Source: an uncultured Chloroflexia bacterium (GTDB lineage: Bacteria; Chloroflexota; Limnocylindria; QHBO01). From it: a DNA stretch of 53,794 nucleotides. The notes below the pieces were generated by a model. It was not told the origin of the DNA, did not search any database, and saw nothing but the letters and a program-made list of their open reading frames with translations. The position numbers were made by a program, and so were the translations under genes. The DNA is taken from positions 1 through 53,794 of the forward strand of contig CAWHAZ010000006.1 in NCBI GenBank assembly GCA_963827475.1. Direction: 5' to 3'. Shown in pieces: positions 1 through 11,178 of the stretch; the stretch's first letter is position 1, and each line of letters opens with the position of its first letter.

Positions 1-265
1 ACGGGATCTGATCCAGCTTCCTGGATCCACCGCCGCCCGACGAGTCAGCTCCGGGCGGCGGTGACCTGTTCGACCGCGGCGAGGATCGGGGCGCTGCCAA
101 AACGCATCGGGTCCGCAGCAGATCACGTGGATAGGGCGCTCGGAGTAGGTCTTCACGACGTGCCAGAGCAGCGGCTGCCCCCGATTTCGATCATCGGCTT
201 GGGTTTCAGATGGGCTCCTCCGAGATCCGGGTACCCATCCCGCCAGCGAGAATGACGGCCTTCAC
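1..265 (-). CDS. rfbF: Glucose-1-phosphate cytidylyltransferase-like nucleotidyltransferase, N-terminal part (runs off window, frameshifted)
   Basis: GTG at 265 overlaps the upstream TAG. Reads VKAVILAGGMGTRISEE, then after a frameshift KPKPMIEIGGQPLLWH, the RfbF-type N-terminus. Confidence 0.7.
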
Positions 266-1544
266 TAGGCGGCCTCCTCGACCTGCCACTGCAGCAGCGG
301 ACGGACCGCGCCCGGGGATGCGCCCACCCCAGCCCGACGCTGCCCGGAGGCTCGTTCTCGTCGATGCCGATCGACGATGTTGAAACTCAGCGCGCCTTGT
401 TCGAAGAACGCCGGTGTGCAGGCCACGGTCGAGGTGGCTGACGGCCACCCGACCGAGTACATGCCGTCGTTGAGGAAGTGGCCGGGATCTCAACCGTGGC
501 CTGATAGTCGCCTGGATCCCGCGCGCGTTCGTCGCCCCAGTCGTGAGGGACTGGTGACGAAGACGTAGTTGCCCGCGCTGTCGGTCACGTGGAGGCTGGG
601 GATCGGCGATGACCCTGAGACGCTCGTGCACCCGGTACTTCACGCAGATCCGGACTGGGTCCATCAGGGAGTGCTCGAATGCGCGCTCGCCCGCACTGTT
701 CTCGACCCAGGCCGAGAGGAGGCTGAGCACCCCGTCGTCCGGGGCAGCTGCCCCTCGTGCGTAGTCGACGCTCGCTGCATTGACGCCCAGGCCGGCCCGG
801 TACTGGTAGATGACGTCCGATGTCGATGCCGCTGGCGATCAGCTGGCCATGGTCGAGCAGCAGGCAGTGGTCGCACAGGGACGCGATCATCGGCAGCTGG
901 TGGCTGACGAACAGGATCGTCCGGCCGCTGGTGGTCACCTCGTTCATCTTGCCCAGGCAGCGCTTCTGGAACTCCATGTCGCCGACGGCGAGGACCTCGT
1001 CGACGAGCAGGATCTCGGACTCGAGATGCGCGGCCACCGCGAAGCCGAGGCGCACCTGCATCCCGCTCGAGTAGCGCTTGACGGGTGTGTCCAGGAACAT
1101 CGTGTCGATCCCGGAGAACTCGACGATCTCGTCGAAGTTGCGCTGGATCTCCGCCCGCCGCATGCCGAGGACGGATCCGGAGAGGAAGATGTTCTCGGTT
1201 CCGCTCAGCTCAGGGTGGAATCCCGTTCCGACCTCCAGCAGCGAGGCGATCCTCCCGTTCAGCGTGGCGCTACCTGCGTCCGGCCAGGTGATCCGGGAGA
1301 GGATCTTCAGGAGGGTGGACTTGCCGGCACCGTTCCGGCCGATCACGCCAAGCGCGGCGCCGACTGGGACCTCGAACGAGACGTCGCGCAGCGCCCAGAA
1401 CTCGGTGTCGTGGGATCCCGATCTTCGAAAGGGCGCCCGAATCGTGTTCGTGAGCACCTCGGTGAGGCGGCGTCCGTACGATTCGTGCTGCCCCAGGTAG
1501 TAGCGCTTTCCGAGGCCCTCGGCGCTGATCGCGATCTCCGTCAT
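265..1544 (-). CDS. Polysaccharide ABC transporter ATP-binding protein (Wzt/TagH-like) with C-terminal extension, frameshifted in the 3' part
   Basis: Walker A GRNGAGKST, signature YSSGMQVRLGF, Walker B LLVDE, VSH. The C-terminal domain continues in frames 206..730 and 265..462. Confidence 0.85.
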
Positions 1545-1790
1545 CAAGCGCGGATGATATCCCGGCATGAACGCGACATCGGGAATCGGCGGCTCCGCCC
1601 ATCCGACCGATCGCGTTGACAGCAGCCGGTCGGCCCGATACCGTCCGCCAGGCACATCACTCGCAGGCGAAAGGAGACGCACGATGACGACGCCCGTTGT
1701 CCACCGGTCGCGCCCGCGCCTGCCCGGAGCGCCTCTTCAAGCCTGACCCGGGCTTCGGCCGCTCCCCGCGCGCACGGGCGCGCTCCTGAC

Positions 1791-2753
1791 GTGGATTCTC
1801 ATCCCTTCGCTGGAGTTGCTCCCTTGCCTGCACCCACCCTCAGCGGAACCGTGCTGCGCTCGCGCAGCGGGTTCTACACCGTGACAACCGAATCGGGCAC
1901 GTACGAGTGCCAGCTCCGCGGCCGCCTGAAGCGCGAGCGCCAGTCGGAGGATCTCGTCGTTCCCGGCGACCAGGTGACCCTGACCCCGCTCGATGGCGGG
2001 AATGGCGTCGGCCAGGGCGTGATCGAAGAGATCGCTCCCCGGCGGACCCGCTTCTCGCGCCGCCAACCCGGCAACCGCGGCTCGTGGAAGGAGGACCTCC
2101 TGGTCGCGAACCTCGACCAGCTGGTCGTCGTGTTCGCCTGCGCGGACCCGGTTCCCCACGTGCGCATGATCGACCGCTACCTCGTCATCGCCGAGCACAA
2201 CGAGATCGACGCGGTGGTAGTGGCCAACAAGGTCGACCTGTGCGGCCTCGAGGCCGCGCGGGCCACGTTCGAGCTCTACGAGCGCATCGGGTACCCGGTC
2301 ATCTACGCCAGCGCCCTGACCGGGGAAGGCGTGGACGCGCTCCGCGAGCGCCTGGGCGGCCGGACGAGCCTGCTCAGCGGTCCGTCAGGCGTCGGCAAGA
2401 GCACCCTGCTGAACGCCGTCCAGCCGAACCTCATGCTCGCGACCGGGGAGGTCAGCGAGGCGCTGCACAAGGGTCGCCACACCACGACCCTGGCCGAGCT
2501 GCTCCCCGTGGATGGACCGATGGGCGGGCACGTCGTCGACTCCCCGGGCCTGCGCCAGATCGGGCTGTGGGAGATTCCGGTCGAGGAGATCGCGTGGTGC
2601 TACCCGGACCTGCGGCCGTACCTCGGGGCGTGCCGCTTCGCGGACTGCAGCCACGGCCCGGAGCCGGGATGCGCGATCACTGCAGCCGCTGCGGCAGGGA
2701 CCATCAGCGCCGCCCGCCTGGACTCCTACCAGAGGCTCGTCGCGACCAACTAG
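1791..2753 (+). CDS. rsgA: Ribosome small subunit-dependent GTPase A
   Basis: Circularly permuted GTPase: ANKVD, GPSGVGKST, GRHTTT, DSPG, C-terminal zinc motif CRFADCSHGPEPGC. Confidence 0.95.
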   Translation: MDSHPFAGVAPLPAPTLSGTVLRSRSGFYTVTTESGTYECQLRGRLKRERQSEDLVVPGDQVTLTPLDGGNGVGQGVIEEIAPRRTRFSRRQPGNRGSWKEDLLVANLDQLVVVFACADPVPHVRMIDRYLVIAEHNEIDAVVVANKVDLCGLEAARATFELYERIGYPVIYASALTGEGVDALRERLGGRTSLLSGPSGVGKSTLLNAVQPNLMLATGEVSEALHKGRHTTTLAELLPVDGPMGGHVVDSPGLRQIGLWEIPVEEIAWCYPDLRPYLGACRFADCSHGPEPGCAITAAAAAGTISAARLDSYQRLVATN

Positions 2754-2763
2754 TCGCGAGCAC

Positions 2764-3793
2764 CTAGAGAATGTCGCGGGCCTCGAACGCGGCCTGGACG
2801 ACGGCAGCGGCGGCGGCACCGTTCAGCTGGTTCGCCGCGGCGACGGTTGCGAGAGCCGCGTCCGCCATCGTGGTGTCGGCCGCGAACGCGAACTGCGCCT
2901 CCAGGATGATCCGGTCGGCAACCGACGGCCCCAGCGCGTTCCGGATGTCCCACAGCGCCCGCGACCAGACCTGGCCGTCATGGTGGACCAGCCCGTTGAG
3001 ATCCCCGTACGTCAGATTGGTGTCGACCCGACGCAGGCAGTGGGGCGTGGTGGAGGTGTACGAGACCGAATCCCAGTCCGCGACGCAGGCCGCCGGCGCA
3101 GACGGCATCCCGGCCACGACCAGGCCGACGGTCACCGCCCAGTAATCCCCGAATGCCTCGCCGATGGCGCCGGCCTCTGCTCCCACCCCGAACCCGGCGA
3201 CCTGGCTGTCATGGATCGCGTGGCCGTACTCGTGGAGGATGACGTCCGCGTCCTCCGCGTCGTCGACGCCGCCCTTGCCGAAGCGGAGGAGGTCGTGCTT
3301 GTCCCAGCTGAAGCTGTTGTCCGCGCCCCAGGTGTTGATCCGCACGTCCTGCGACTCCATGTTGACCGGCCGCAGCGTGCTGCCGAAGCCGAGGGACTGG
3401 AGGTAGAGCTGCGACTGGGTGACCCAGTAGTAGGCCATCACCTGCTCGAAGCGGTCGTCGCTCCGGGTGTACAGGAATGACTCGTCAGTCTCGAACGCAA
3501 GCGGACCGGTGCTGCTGCGCACGTTCGCCCAGTCTCCGGTCAGGTACCCGTCGCCGTCGAGGTTGGTGAGGACCACGGCCGTCAGTTCGGCGGTCAGCGC
3601 GGCGGAATCGGCGTCCTTGTTGTCGAGCAGGCCCTGGTTGCCGCTCGAGGCCACCGGGTTGGGGGCGAACACCCACGCGTCTGCCGTGGAGCCGCTGCCG
3701 GCCGGCTTCCTGGCCAGAGCTCCAGTGGGTGCCGACGACCAGCACGGTCAGGGCGAGCAGCACGATCAGGAGGCGGCGCGGGCGACGGTTCAT
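2764..3793 (-). CDS. Secreted zinc metallopeptidase (M36/M4-like), frameshift near 3720
   Basis: HEYGH, downstream GEAFGD and HHDGQVWS. Signal peptide MNRRPRRLLIVLLALTVLVVG lies in the adjacent frame starting at 3793. Confidence 0.8.
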
Positions 3794-3915
3794 GGCCCGT
3801 CACCCTAGCCCCGGTCCCAGGCGCGGTCAACCGCGGCAGGCCGATTTCGCGGTTCCTCCAGGCACCGCCACCGCAGCCGGACCGCAGTGGCACGGCCCCT
3901 ACAATCGCCGGACCG

Positions 3916-4604
3916 ATGGAGATTGCCCCCCACGTCCATGCCGTCTCGCTCCGGGGCGCCAACGGCTTCCTGCTGACCGATGACGGGCTGAACCTGATCG
4001 ACGCCGGTCTCGCTGGCTCGAAGCCGGTGTTCGAGCGCTACCTGGCGAAGATCGGGCGCGAGATCACGCGAGCTGGACCGGATCGTGTGCACCCACGGCC
4101 ACCCCGACCACGTCGGTGGGGCACGGGAGATCGCCGATGCCGCGGGAGCCGAGATCTACATCCACCCCACCGACCTCGAGGGGGTGGGGCTCACGGTGCG
4201 CCAGGCGCTCGCCACGCCCGCAGGGCGAGAGCCTCCGAGGACGGCTGCTCCAGGCGATGACCCCGCACCCGGGGACGGCCGTCGCCCTCAACGACGGGGA
4301 CGTCCTCCCGGTCCTCGGTGGGTTGGAGGTGATCCATACCCCGGGCCACACGCCGGGCAGCGTGTGCCTGTTCGCGCGGGGCCCACGGATCCTGTTCACC
4401 GGCGACGTCCTGCAGGTCAGGCGCGGAAACCTCGCCTTCGCCAGCCCGATCTTCAGCCACGACCACGCCCAGGCGCGCGCTTCGGTACAGCGTCTGGCGC
4501 GGTTGGAGGTGGATATGATCGTGTTCAGCCACTTCCAGCCGATGCGAGACGGCGCCTCCGATGCCCTGGCCGATCTCGCGCGCCAGGCCGCCGCCCGGAC
4601 CTGA
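3916..4604 (+). CDS. Metallo-beta-lactamase fold hydrolase (frameshifted)
   Basis: Across three frames: [31 protein letters not shown]. Confidence 0.85.
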
Positions 4605-4613
4605 GGAGCCGCC

Positions 4614-7181
4614 GTGGAGACCGTCCTCGAGCTGATGCAGGATGCGGTGCGACGCTACGACCGCAAGCCGTTCCTGCTGATCAAGCCCGGCTTCCGGACC
4701 CGCATCACCCGCTACCGCGACCTCGGCCGGATCGTGCCGCGGGTCGCCCGCGTCCTCCATGACCGCGGCCTGCAGAAGGGGGACCGGGCCATCATCTGGG
4801 CGGTCAACCGCCCCGAATGGGGCATCACCCTGCTCGGCGCCGTCCACGCCGGGGTGATCCTGGTCCCGCTCGACGTTCGCAGCGCGCAGGAGTTCGCGGT
4901 GAAGGTCGCCGCCAAGACGCGGGCCAGCCTTGTCCTCGCCTCGCAGCAGACCGCGGCCCAGGCGGAGGCGCTGGGTCTGCCGGTCCTCCTCATCGAGCGG
5001 ATCCCGGATCTGGCGCGCAACGCGGAGCCGCTGCCGGCCGCGGACATCGGTCCGGACGACATCGTCGAGATCCTGTTCACCTCGGGGACCACGGGCGAGC
5101 CCAAGGGCGCGATGCTGACCCACCGCAACCTGGCGTCCAACGCCCAGGAGCTGCCCAAGGTCTTCCCCATCGGACCGAAGGAGCGGATGCTCTCGGTCCT
5201 CCCGCTGTCCCACATCTTCGAGCAGTCACCCGGTTTCCTGGTCCCCATGCACGCCGGGGCCAGCGTGGTCTACCCGGTCAGCCGCCAGCCATCGGTCCTG
5301 CTCCGGACCTTCAGGGACTTCAAGGTGAGCATCCTGCTCATCGTGCCGCAGGGCCTGAAGCTGCTCGACAACGCGATCGAGCGGAAGGTCGACCAGGGCG
5401 GCAAGCGGGCGACGTTCGAGAAGCTCCACCGCTGGGCGGCGGGCTCGCCGTGGTTCGTCAGGCGTTTGCTGTTCCGGCCGGTGCTCTCCAGCTTCGGCGG
5501 GCGCCTGCACACCGTGGGAATCGGTGGTTCGGCCCTCGATCCGGAGCTCGGACGGCGCTGGGAGGAGATGGGGATCAACGTCCTCCAGGGCTACGGAGCC
5601 ACCGAGCTCGGGCCGCTGGTGAGCTTCACCCGCAAGGAGAACAACCGGCTGGGAACGGTCGGGCAGGCGGTCGGCGGGGTGGAGATGCGGATCGCCGAGG
5701 ACGGCGAGGTGATGGTCCGCAGCCCGGGCGTGTTCGCCGGCTACTGGGAGGATCCGGAGCGGACGGCGGAGGTGCTCGAGCCCGACGGCTGGTACCACAC
5801 CGGCGACATCGGGGAGATCAGCCCCGATGGGTTCCTGACCCTGCGCGGCCGGAAGAAGGACATGCTGGCCATGCCCGACGGCACCAAGGTCTACCCCGAG
5901 GACATCGAGGCCGTGCTCGTCAAGGACGACCGCGTGCGGGACGCGACGGTGGTTGGTTTCCCGGTCGGTCCGGACCTGAAGATCCACGCGGTCCTGCTGA
6001 CCGATGACGGAGCCGACGCCACGGCCCAGGCGGAGGCGGTCATCCGGGACGCCAACGCGCTGGTCGGCGCCCACCAGCAGATCCGGGCCCACTCGATCTG
6101 GCCGGAGGAGGACTTCCCGCGAACCCACACCCTCAAGGTGAAGAAGCGCGAGGTCATCGCCCGCCTGGAGGCCGACGCGGCCGCCGCTGCGGCGGCGGCG
6201 TCTGCGGCCGTGCCCTCCGCCCGGTCCAATGGGAGCGAGCCGGACGCGGCCTCGGCGGTGGGTGGCACGCTCGGGATGGTCATCGGCCTGGTGGCGAGCA
6301 TCGCGGAGATCGACCCCGACCAGGTCAAGCCCACGGCGCGCCTGTCGTCCGACCTGAACATGGATTCGCTGCATCGGGTCGAGCTGCTCGGCGTCATCGA
6401 GGAAGAGCTCGGCGTGTTCGTGGATGACACGGCCCTCGACCCGGAGGCGACCGTGGCGCAGATCGCCGCCCTGGTCGATGCCTCGCGCGAGGCGAAGCAC
6501 GAGACCGGCATCCTCGCCTGGCCGCTCCACCCGGTCACCCGGGCCGTGGGCATGACCGTCCAGGAGCTGCTCACCGCACCGATCCTCAACCTGTTCTACC
6601 GGATCGGGATCCGCGGCCAGGAGAACCTGGCCGGGCTCGAGGGACCGGTCCTGTTCGCGTCGAACCACTGCCTCCATACCGATAACCAGATCGTGATGTC
6701 GTCCATGCCCTTCGTCTGGCGCTGGCGCCTCTCGGTGGCGGCGTCGGCGGAGCGGGTCTGGAGCAATCCGGCGATGGCCGTGGCCGGCGGGATGCTGGCC
6801 AACGCCTTCCCGATCGCCCGGGAGGGCGGTGCGCGGCGCAGCTTCGAGCTGCTCGGCGCGCGGCTCGACCGGCGGTTCAGCATCCTCATCTACCCCGAAG
6901 GCGAGCTGACCGTGGGTGGACCGATGAAGCCGTTCCTGGCCGGGACGGGGCTTGTGGCGGTGGAATCGGCCACCGCCGTCGTGCCCACCAAGCTGCGGAT
7001 CAACCGGATGTCGTGGCTCGACAAGCACTGGCCCGGCGGGGAGAACGGGACGCACAACGGGACCGCCAGCGCGCTGCGCGGCGACGTGGAGGTCGTCTTC
7101 GGAGAGCCGATGTGGTTCCCATCCGACACCAGCCCGGCCCAGGCCACCGCCCGCCTGGAAGAGGCGCTCGCCGCCCTCTAG
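4614..7181 (+). CDS. Acyl-adenylating enzyme + acyl carrier domain + PlsC-type acyltransferase fusion
   Basis: FTSGTTGEPKG, GYGATE, TGD, PRTHTLK (AMP-binding); MDSL phosphopantetheine site; NHCLHTD (HX4D) and YPEG (PlsC). Confidence 0.9.
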   Translation: METVLELMQDAVRRYDRKPFLLIKPGFRTRITRYRDLGRIVPRVARVLHDRGLQKGDRAIIWAVNRPEWGITLLGAVHAGVILVPLDVRSAQEFAVKVAAKTRASLVLASQQTAAQAEALGLPVLLIERIPDLARNAEPLPAADIGPDDIVEILFTSGTTGEPKGAMLTHRNLASNAQELPKVFPIGPKERMLSVLPLSHIFEQSPGFLVPMHAGASVVYPVSRQPSVLLRTFRDFKVSILLIVPQGLKLLDNAIERKVDQGGKRATFEKLHRWAAGSPWFVRRLLFRPVLSSFGGRLHTVGIGGSALDPELGRRWEEMGINVLQGYGATELGPLVSFTRKENNRLGTVGQAVGGVEMRIAEDGEVMVRSPGVFAGYWEDPERTAEVLEPDGWYHTGDIGEISPDGFLTLRGRKKDMLAMPDGTKVYPEDIEAVLVKDDRVRDATVVGFPVGPDLKIHAVLLTDDGADATAQAEAVIRDANALVGAHQQIRAHSIWPEEDFPRTHTLKVKKREVIARLEADAAAAAAAASAAVPSARSNGSEPDAASAVGGTLGMVIGLVASIAEIDPDQVKPTARLSSDLNMDSLHRVELLGVIEEELGVFVDDTALDPEATVAQIAALVDASREAKHETGILAWPLHPVTRAVGMTVQELLTAPILNLFYRIGIRGQENLAGLEGPVLFASNHCLHTDNQIVMSSMPFVWRWRLSVAASAERVWSNPAMAVAGGMLANAFPIAREGGARRSFELLGARLDRRFSILIYPEGELTVGGPMKPFLAGTGLVAVESATAVVPTKLRINRMSWLDKHWPGGENGTHNGTASALRGDVEVVFGEPMWFPSDTSPAQATARLEEALAAL

Positions 7182-7312
7182 CCGGTGCCCGGCCGCACCT
7201 GGTGGCGGTTGGACGACGCGGCGATCCGGTCGGTAAGGTTCGTGGTTCCAGACGCCGTGGCCTCCCGTCCACGTCGCGGCGAAGCGTTTCGCACGCGAAA
7301 GGAGGCCAGCCA

Positions 7313-8977
7313 TTGGCTGCACCACGATCCACGGGACGTCCGATCGTCATCGCCGTCCTGGCGGCATTGCTTGCCGGTTCGAGTCTTGCTCCGGCGACGA
7401 TTGGGCGCCAATCCAACATCGGAGATCAAGCAGACCCAGGGATTCCGGAAGGCCGTCACGGTCGCTGGGATTCGTGAGCACCAGGCCGCATTCCAGGCCT
7501 TTGCCGATGCCAACAGCGGCACGCCGGGTCGCAGGCCTCGGTGGCTACGATGACTCGGCGCAGTACGTGTACGACCGCGCGGTCGCGGCCGGCTACGAAG
7601 TCAGCTTCCAGGAGTTCGAGTTCCTCTTCGTCGGGGACGCGAGCTCTACCGGTCCTCGAGCGGGTGACCGCTCCCGCGGCGAGCTTCGTGGACGGCGTCG
7701 ACTTCGCCACGATCAGCTACTCGGGGAGTGGCGACATCACGGCGCCATTGACGGCGGTGGACCTCGTGGTCCCGCCGAGCACGTCCCATCGACTGATCCG
7801 CTACGTCGCTCGACCAGCGGTTGCGAGGCGGCTGATTTCGCCGCGTTCACGCCTGGGCACATCGCGCTGCTGCAGCGCGGGACGTGCACGTTCCGCGTGA
7901 AGGCGGGGAACGCAATCGCCGCGGGCGCGGTCGGGATGATCGTCTTCAACGAGGGAAATCCCGACCGCAACGGGCTCAATTTCGGGACGATGAACCCGCC
8001 GCCAGTGGACTTCCCCGCGGTGACGACCTCGTTCGCCGTCGGGGATAACCTGCGCAATGGCGTCGTGAACGGACCGACCGGTGTGACCGCTCACCTCAAG
8101 AGCGATCAGCTGGCCGAGGTGCGGAGCACCCGCAACGTCATCGCCGAGACGCCGGGTGGTGACCCGAATCGGGTCGTCGTCATCGGAGCCCACCTGGACA
8201 GCGTGGCAGCCGGCCCGGGGATCAATGACAACGGGTCCGGGTCGGGCACGATCCTGGAGATCGCCGAGACGTTCGCGGCACAGGGCCGCGAGCCCCGCAA
8301 CAAGCTGCGGTTCATGTGGTACTCCGCCGAGGAAGGCGGCCTGATCGGGTCCGACTTCTACGTCGACAGCCTCAGTCCGGCCGAGCGCGACCAGATCGAG
8401 ATGATGCTGAACTTCGACATGGTCGGCTCACCGAACATGGTCCGCTTCGTGTATGACGGAGACAACTCGGCCTTCCCGCCGGTCCCGAGTCAGGTCCAGG
8501 CCGGACCGCCAGGTTCGGGCGAGATCGAACGGGTCTTCAGGGACTACTTCGCCTCGCAGGGCCTTGCCTCGGAGCCGACGCCCTTCAGCGGGCGGTCCGA
8601 CTACGGGCCGTTCATCACCGCCACGCCGGGCATCCCGGCCGGTGGATTGTTCACCGGGGCGGAAGGCATCAAGACGGCAGCGCAGGTAGCTGATATACGG
8701 CGGGGTGGCCGGGCAGCAGTACGACCCGTGCTACCACATCGCCTGTGACACCTTCGCCGGAACTGGCGGAGGGACTGTGGGCGGGTTGGGCCTGATCGGC
8801 CTCGATCAGATGTCCGACGCGGCGGCTCATGCCGTGCTGCTCTTCTCGAAGCGGAACTTCGCCAGCGAGCCGCTGTCCACGACCTCGGCGTCCGCGGACG
8901 CGTCGTTGAGGCCGTTCAGCGTGGGTGGCGCAACTGACGCTCCGGCGCCCGCGAGCGACTACCGGCTGGACCGCTAG
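7313..8977 (+). CDS. Secreted M28 aminopeptidase with PA domain (several frameshifts)
   Basis: TTG after GGAGG, signal-like N-terminus; QRGTCTF (PA domain), GAHLDSV, GINDNGSG, AEE, NFDM, RSDY, DPCYH. Confidence 0.85.
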
Positions 8978-9004
8978 GAACGGTTCTCGCCAACCAGACG
9001 CCCG

Positions 9005-9035
9005 GGAGGGGCGGCGCGAATCGCGCCGCCCCTCC
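9005..9035. terminator. Inverted repeat between convergent genes, probable bidirectional terminator
   Basis: 15-bp perfect inverted repeat GGAGGGGCGGCGCGA / TCGCGCCGCCCCTCC. Confidence 0.7.
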
Positions 9036-9066
9036 TTCATGCCTGAGCGCGGCGGCGTCGCGACCT

Positions 9067-10584
9067 CTATTCCGTCTCCGTCGGGAGCAGCTCCCCGGTC
9101 AGCAGCAGCATCAGGACGTGGGCGGCGGCGTCCGACATCTCGTCCAGGGCGTCGTGATTGATCTGGTCCGGCGCGTCGCAGGACAGGTGGTAGCACCGAT
9201 CCATCGGCTCGCCGGCTTCACCGCCGAACAGCTCGGCCTGCTCCGCAGACTTCTCCTCCGACGCGCCGCTGAACAGGCCACCGGTCGGGATCTCGAAGTC
9301 CTCGAACGCGGCATGGTCCGAGGCCCCGCCGAGGTCGGCCGCCGTCCACGTCAGCCCCACCGCGTCGAAGTACGCGCCAAAGGCCGCGGTGATGTCGCGC
9401 GAGTCGAACGCGCCGCTCGACGAGTCGTAGATCTCCCGGACGTAGTTCGACGACCCGAGCATGTCGAGGTTGATGTAGGCCACGATCCGCGCCAGATCGT
9501 CACCGTCCTGGGTCGTGACCCAGTGGTAGGAGCCGAACAGGCCGAGCTCCTCGGTCGCCCAGAACGCGAAGCGCACCGCTCGGGGCGTCGGTTCGAGCGC
9601 GGCCAGCTGCACCGCGATCTCGAGGATGGTCATCGTCCCCGAGCCGTTGTCGTTGATCCCCGGCCCATCGATCACCGAGTCGAGGTGCCCGCCCATCATC
9701 ACCACCTCCTCGGCCGTCGGCAGATCGCCGCTGCCGGGGCGGTCGGCGATGACGTTGACCGTGAGCCGGTCCTGGATCATGGTCTCGACCGACAGCTGGA
9801 CCGATCCGCCCGCGTTGGCGGCTTGCAGGAGCGCCGCGCCGGCCTCGTTGGAGGCGTACAGCGCCGGGATCTCGACCGCGTCAGGGTCGAGCAGGGTGGG
9901 CCGCCGAACGGCGCCCGGCTGGTAGTCGGGGGACGAGACGATCAGCGCCGCGGCCCCCGCGTCCTGGGCCTGCTCCACCATCTGGAGCCGGAAGCACGGC
10001 CCGGGGCCGGCCAGCGCGATGGCCCCGGTCGGGAAGTCGCTCCAGTCCGCCCGCTGGCAGCCACCGGATCCGGTGACATTCCCCTGGTCGTCAGTGCCGA
10101 CGGTCACGATGGGCGCTTCGAACTCGCCGGACCGGCTGAAAATGAGCGCTCGCAGGTGCTCTCCGCCGGCGAAGCTCTCGCCGCCGACGATCGTCACCCG
10201 GGGCTCCGCCGTCTCCGCGAAGTACGGGAAGGTGAACTCGTCCAGCGTGACCTCGTAGCCGGCCTCGGTCAGAACCTCGACCACGTACTCCTGCGAGCCG
10301 GTGTACCCCTCCACGCCAGATGCGCGCGTCCCGTCGCCGGCGGTGGCCGCGGCGAACAGCTCGTCGAGGTGGTCGCTGATGGCATCCGGGTCGACCGCCG
10401 AGCGCAGCGCCTCGCTGATCCCGAGATCGGCCGCCGGGCTGCTACCAGGGCTCTCGCCGGCACCCGCGCTGGTTCCCGGGGAGCCGCTGGGCTCGGGCGA
10501 AGGGGAATCGGTCTGGCACCCGGTCGCGACGAGCAGGGCGGCGACAAGGGCAAGTGCCGCTCGGTGACGGGGTCGACGGGCCAT
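9067..10584 (-). CDS. M28 aminopeptidase lipoprotein with PA domain
   Basis: Lipobox-like VATGC; GGHLDSV, GINDNGSG, TEE, NLDM, ASDH, DRCYH. Confidence 0.9.
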   Translation of the reverse strand: MARRPRHRAALALVAALLVATGCQTDSPSPEPSGSPGTSAGAGESPGSSPAADLGISEALRSAVDPDAISDHLDELFAAATAGDGTRASGVEGYTGSQEYVVEVLTEAGYEVTLDEFTFPYFAETAEPRVTIVGGESFAGGEHLRALIFSRSGEFEAPIVTVGTDDQGNVTGSGGCQRADWSDFPTGAIALAGPGPCFRLQMVEQAQDAGAAALIVSSPDYQPGAVRRPTLLDPDAVEIPALYASNEAGAALLQAANAGGSVQLSVETMIQDRLTVNVIADRPGSGDLPTAEEVVMMGGHLDSVIDGPGINDNGSGTMTILEIAVQLAALEPTPRAVRFAFWATEELGLFGSYHWVTTQDGDDLARIVAYINLDMLGSSNYVREIYDSSSGAFDSRDITAAFGAYFDAVGLTWTAADLGGASDHAAFEDFEIPTGGLFSGASEEKSAEQAELFGGEAGEPMDRCYHLSCDAPDQINHDALDEMSDAAAHVLMLLLTGELLPTETE

Positions 10585-10652
10585 TCGATCAACCATAGCG
10601 GCGCAGGCTCCGGGGGGTTCGAATCGAGCACTGACGTTGCTATGCTGCGGCC

Positions 10653-11072
10653 ATGTCCGACCAGAAACGCGACCTGCTGAAGTCGGTCCCCCTCTTCGCC
10701 ACCTGCGGCAACCGCGAGCTCGAGCGACTGGGAATGCTCGTCGACGAGGTCAGCCTGCCCGCTGGACGAGTGCTGTTCAACCAGGGAGACAACGCGTCCG
10801 AGCTGTTCATCGTGGTCGAGGGACAGGTCCGTGTGGATCGGAACGGCGAGAACATCGCCACGCGCGGCCCGGGCGAGTTCTTCGGGGAGATGGCCCTCGT
10901 GTCCGAGGGGACGCGAATGGCGACCGCCACGTGCGAGTCGGACTGCCGGTTCCTGGTTCTCGGACACCGCGAGTTCCACAGCCTGATGGACGAGTTCCCG
11001 GCGCTGAAGATGCGGGTTCTCGAGACCCTCGCCGAGCGAGTTCGGTCGCTCGACACGGCGTCGGTCCACTAG
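10653..11072 (+). CDS. Stand-alone cyclic nucleotide-binding domain protein
   Basis: FNQGD, GEFFGEMAL, R-x-AT phosphate-binding cassette; no HTH. Confidence 0.9.
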   Translation: MSDQKRDLLKSVPLFATCGNRELERLGMLVDEVSLPAGRVLFNQGDNASELFIVVEGQVRVDRNGENIATRGPGEFFGEMALVSEGTRMATATCESDCRFLVLGHREFHSLMDEFPALKMRVLETLAERVRSLDTASVH

Positions 11073-11102
11073 GTAGGATTCGGGGGCGCTGCGCGCCACC
11101 GG

Positions 11103-11178
11103 GCGGGAGTAACTCAGCCGGTAGAGTGTCTGCTTCCCAAGCAGAATGTCGCGGGTTCGAGCCCCGTCTCCCGCTCCA
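11103..11178 (+). tRNA. tRNA-Gly (CCC)
   Basis: GCGGGAG/CTCCCGC acceptor stem, anticodon loop TTCCCAA, GGTTCGAG T-arm, encoded CCA. Confidence 0.95.

Noticed and set aside
2768-2780. AGAATGTCGCGGG matches part of tRNA-Gly
   Set aside because: Only 13 nt, inside the peptidase C-terminal codons; probably chance.
5226-7325. Long antisense or alternate-frame ORFs (also 9118-10680, 32125-34182, 45740-48328, 49152-51074)
   Set aside because: Shadow ORFs expected in high-GC DNA; they overlap well-supported genes and show no motifs.
10598-10630. GGTTCGAATC T-loop-like sequence
   Set aside because: No paired T-stem or cloverleaf; lies in a short divergent promoter region.
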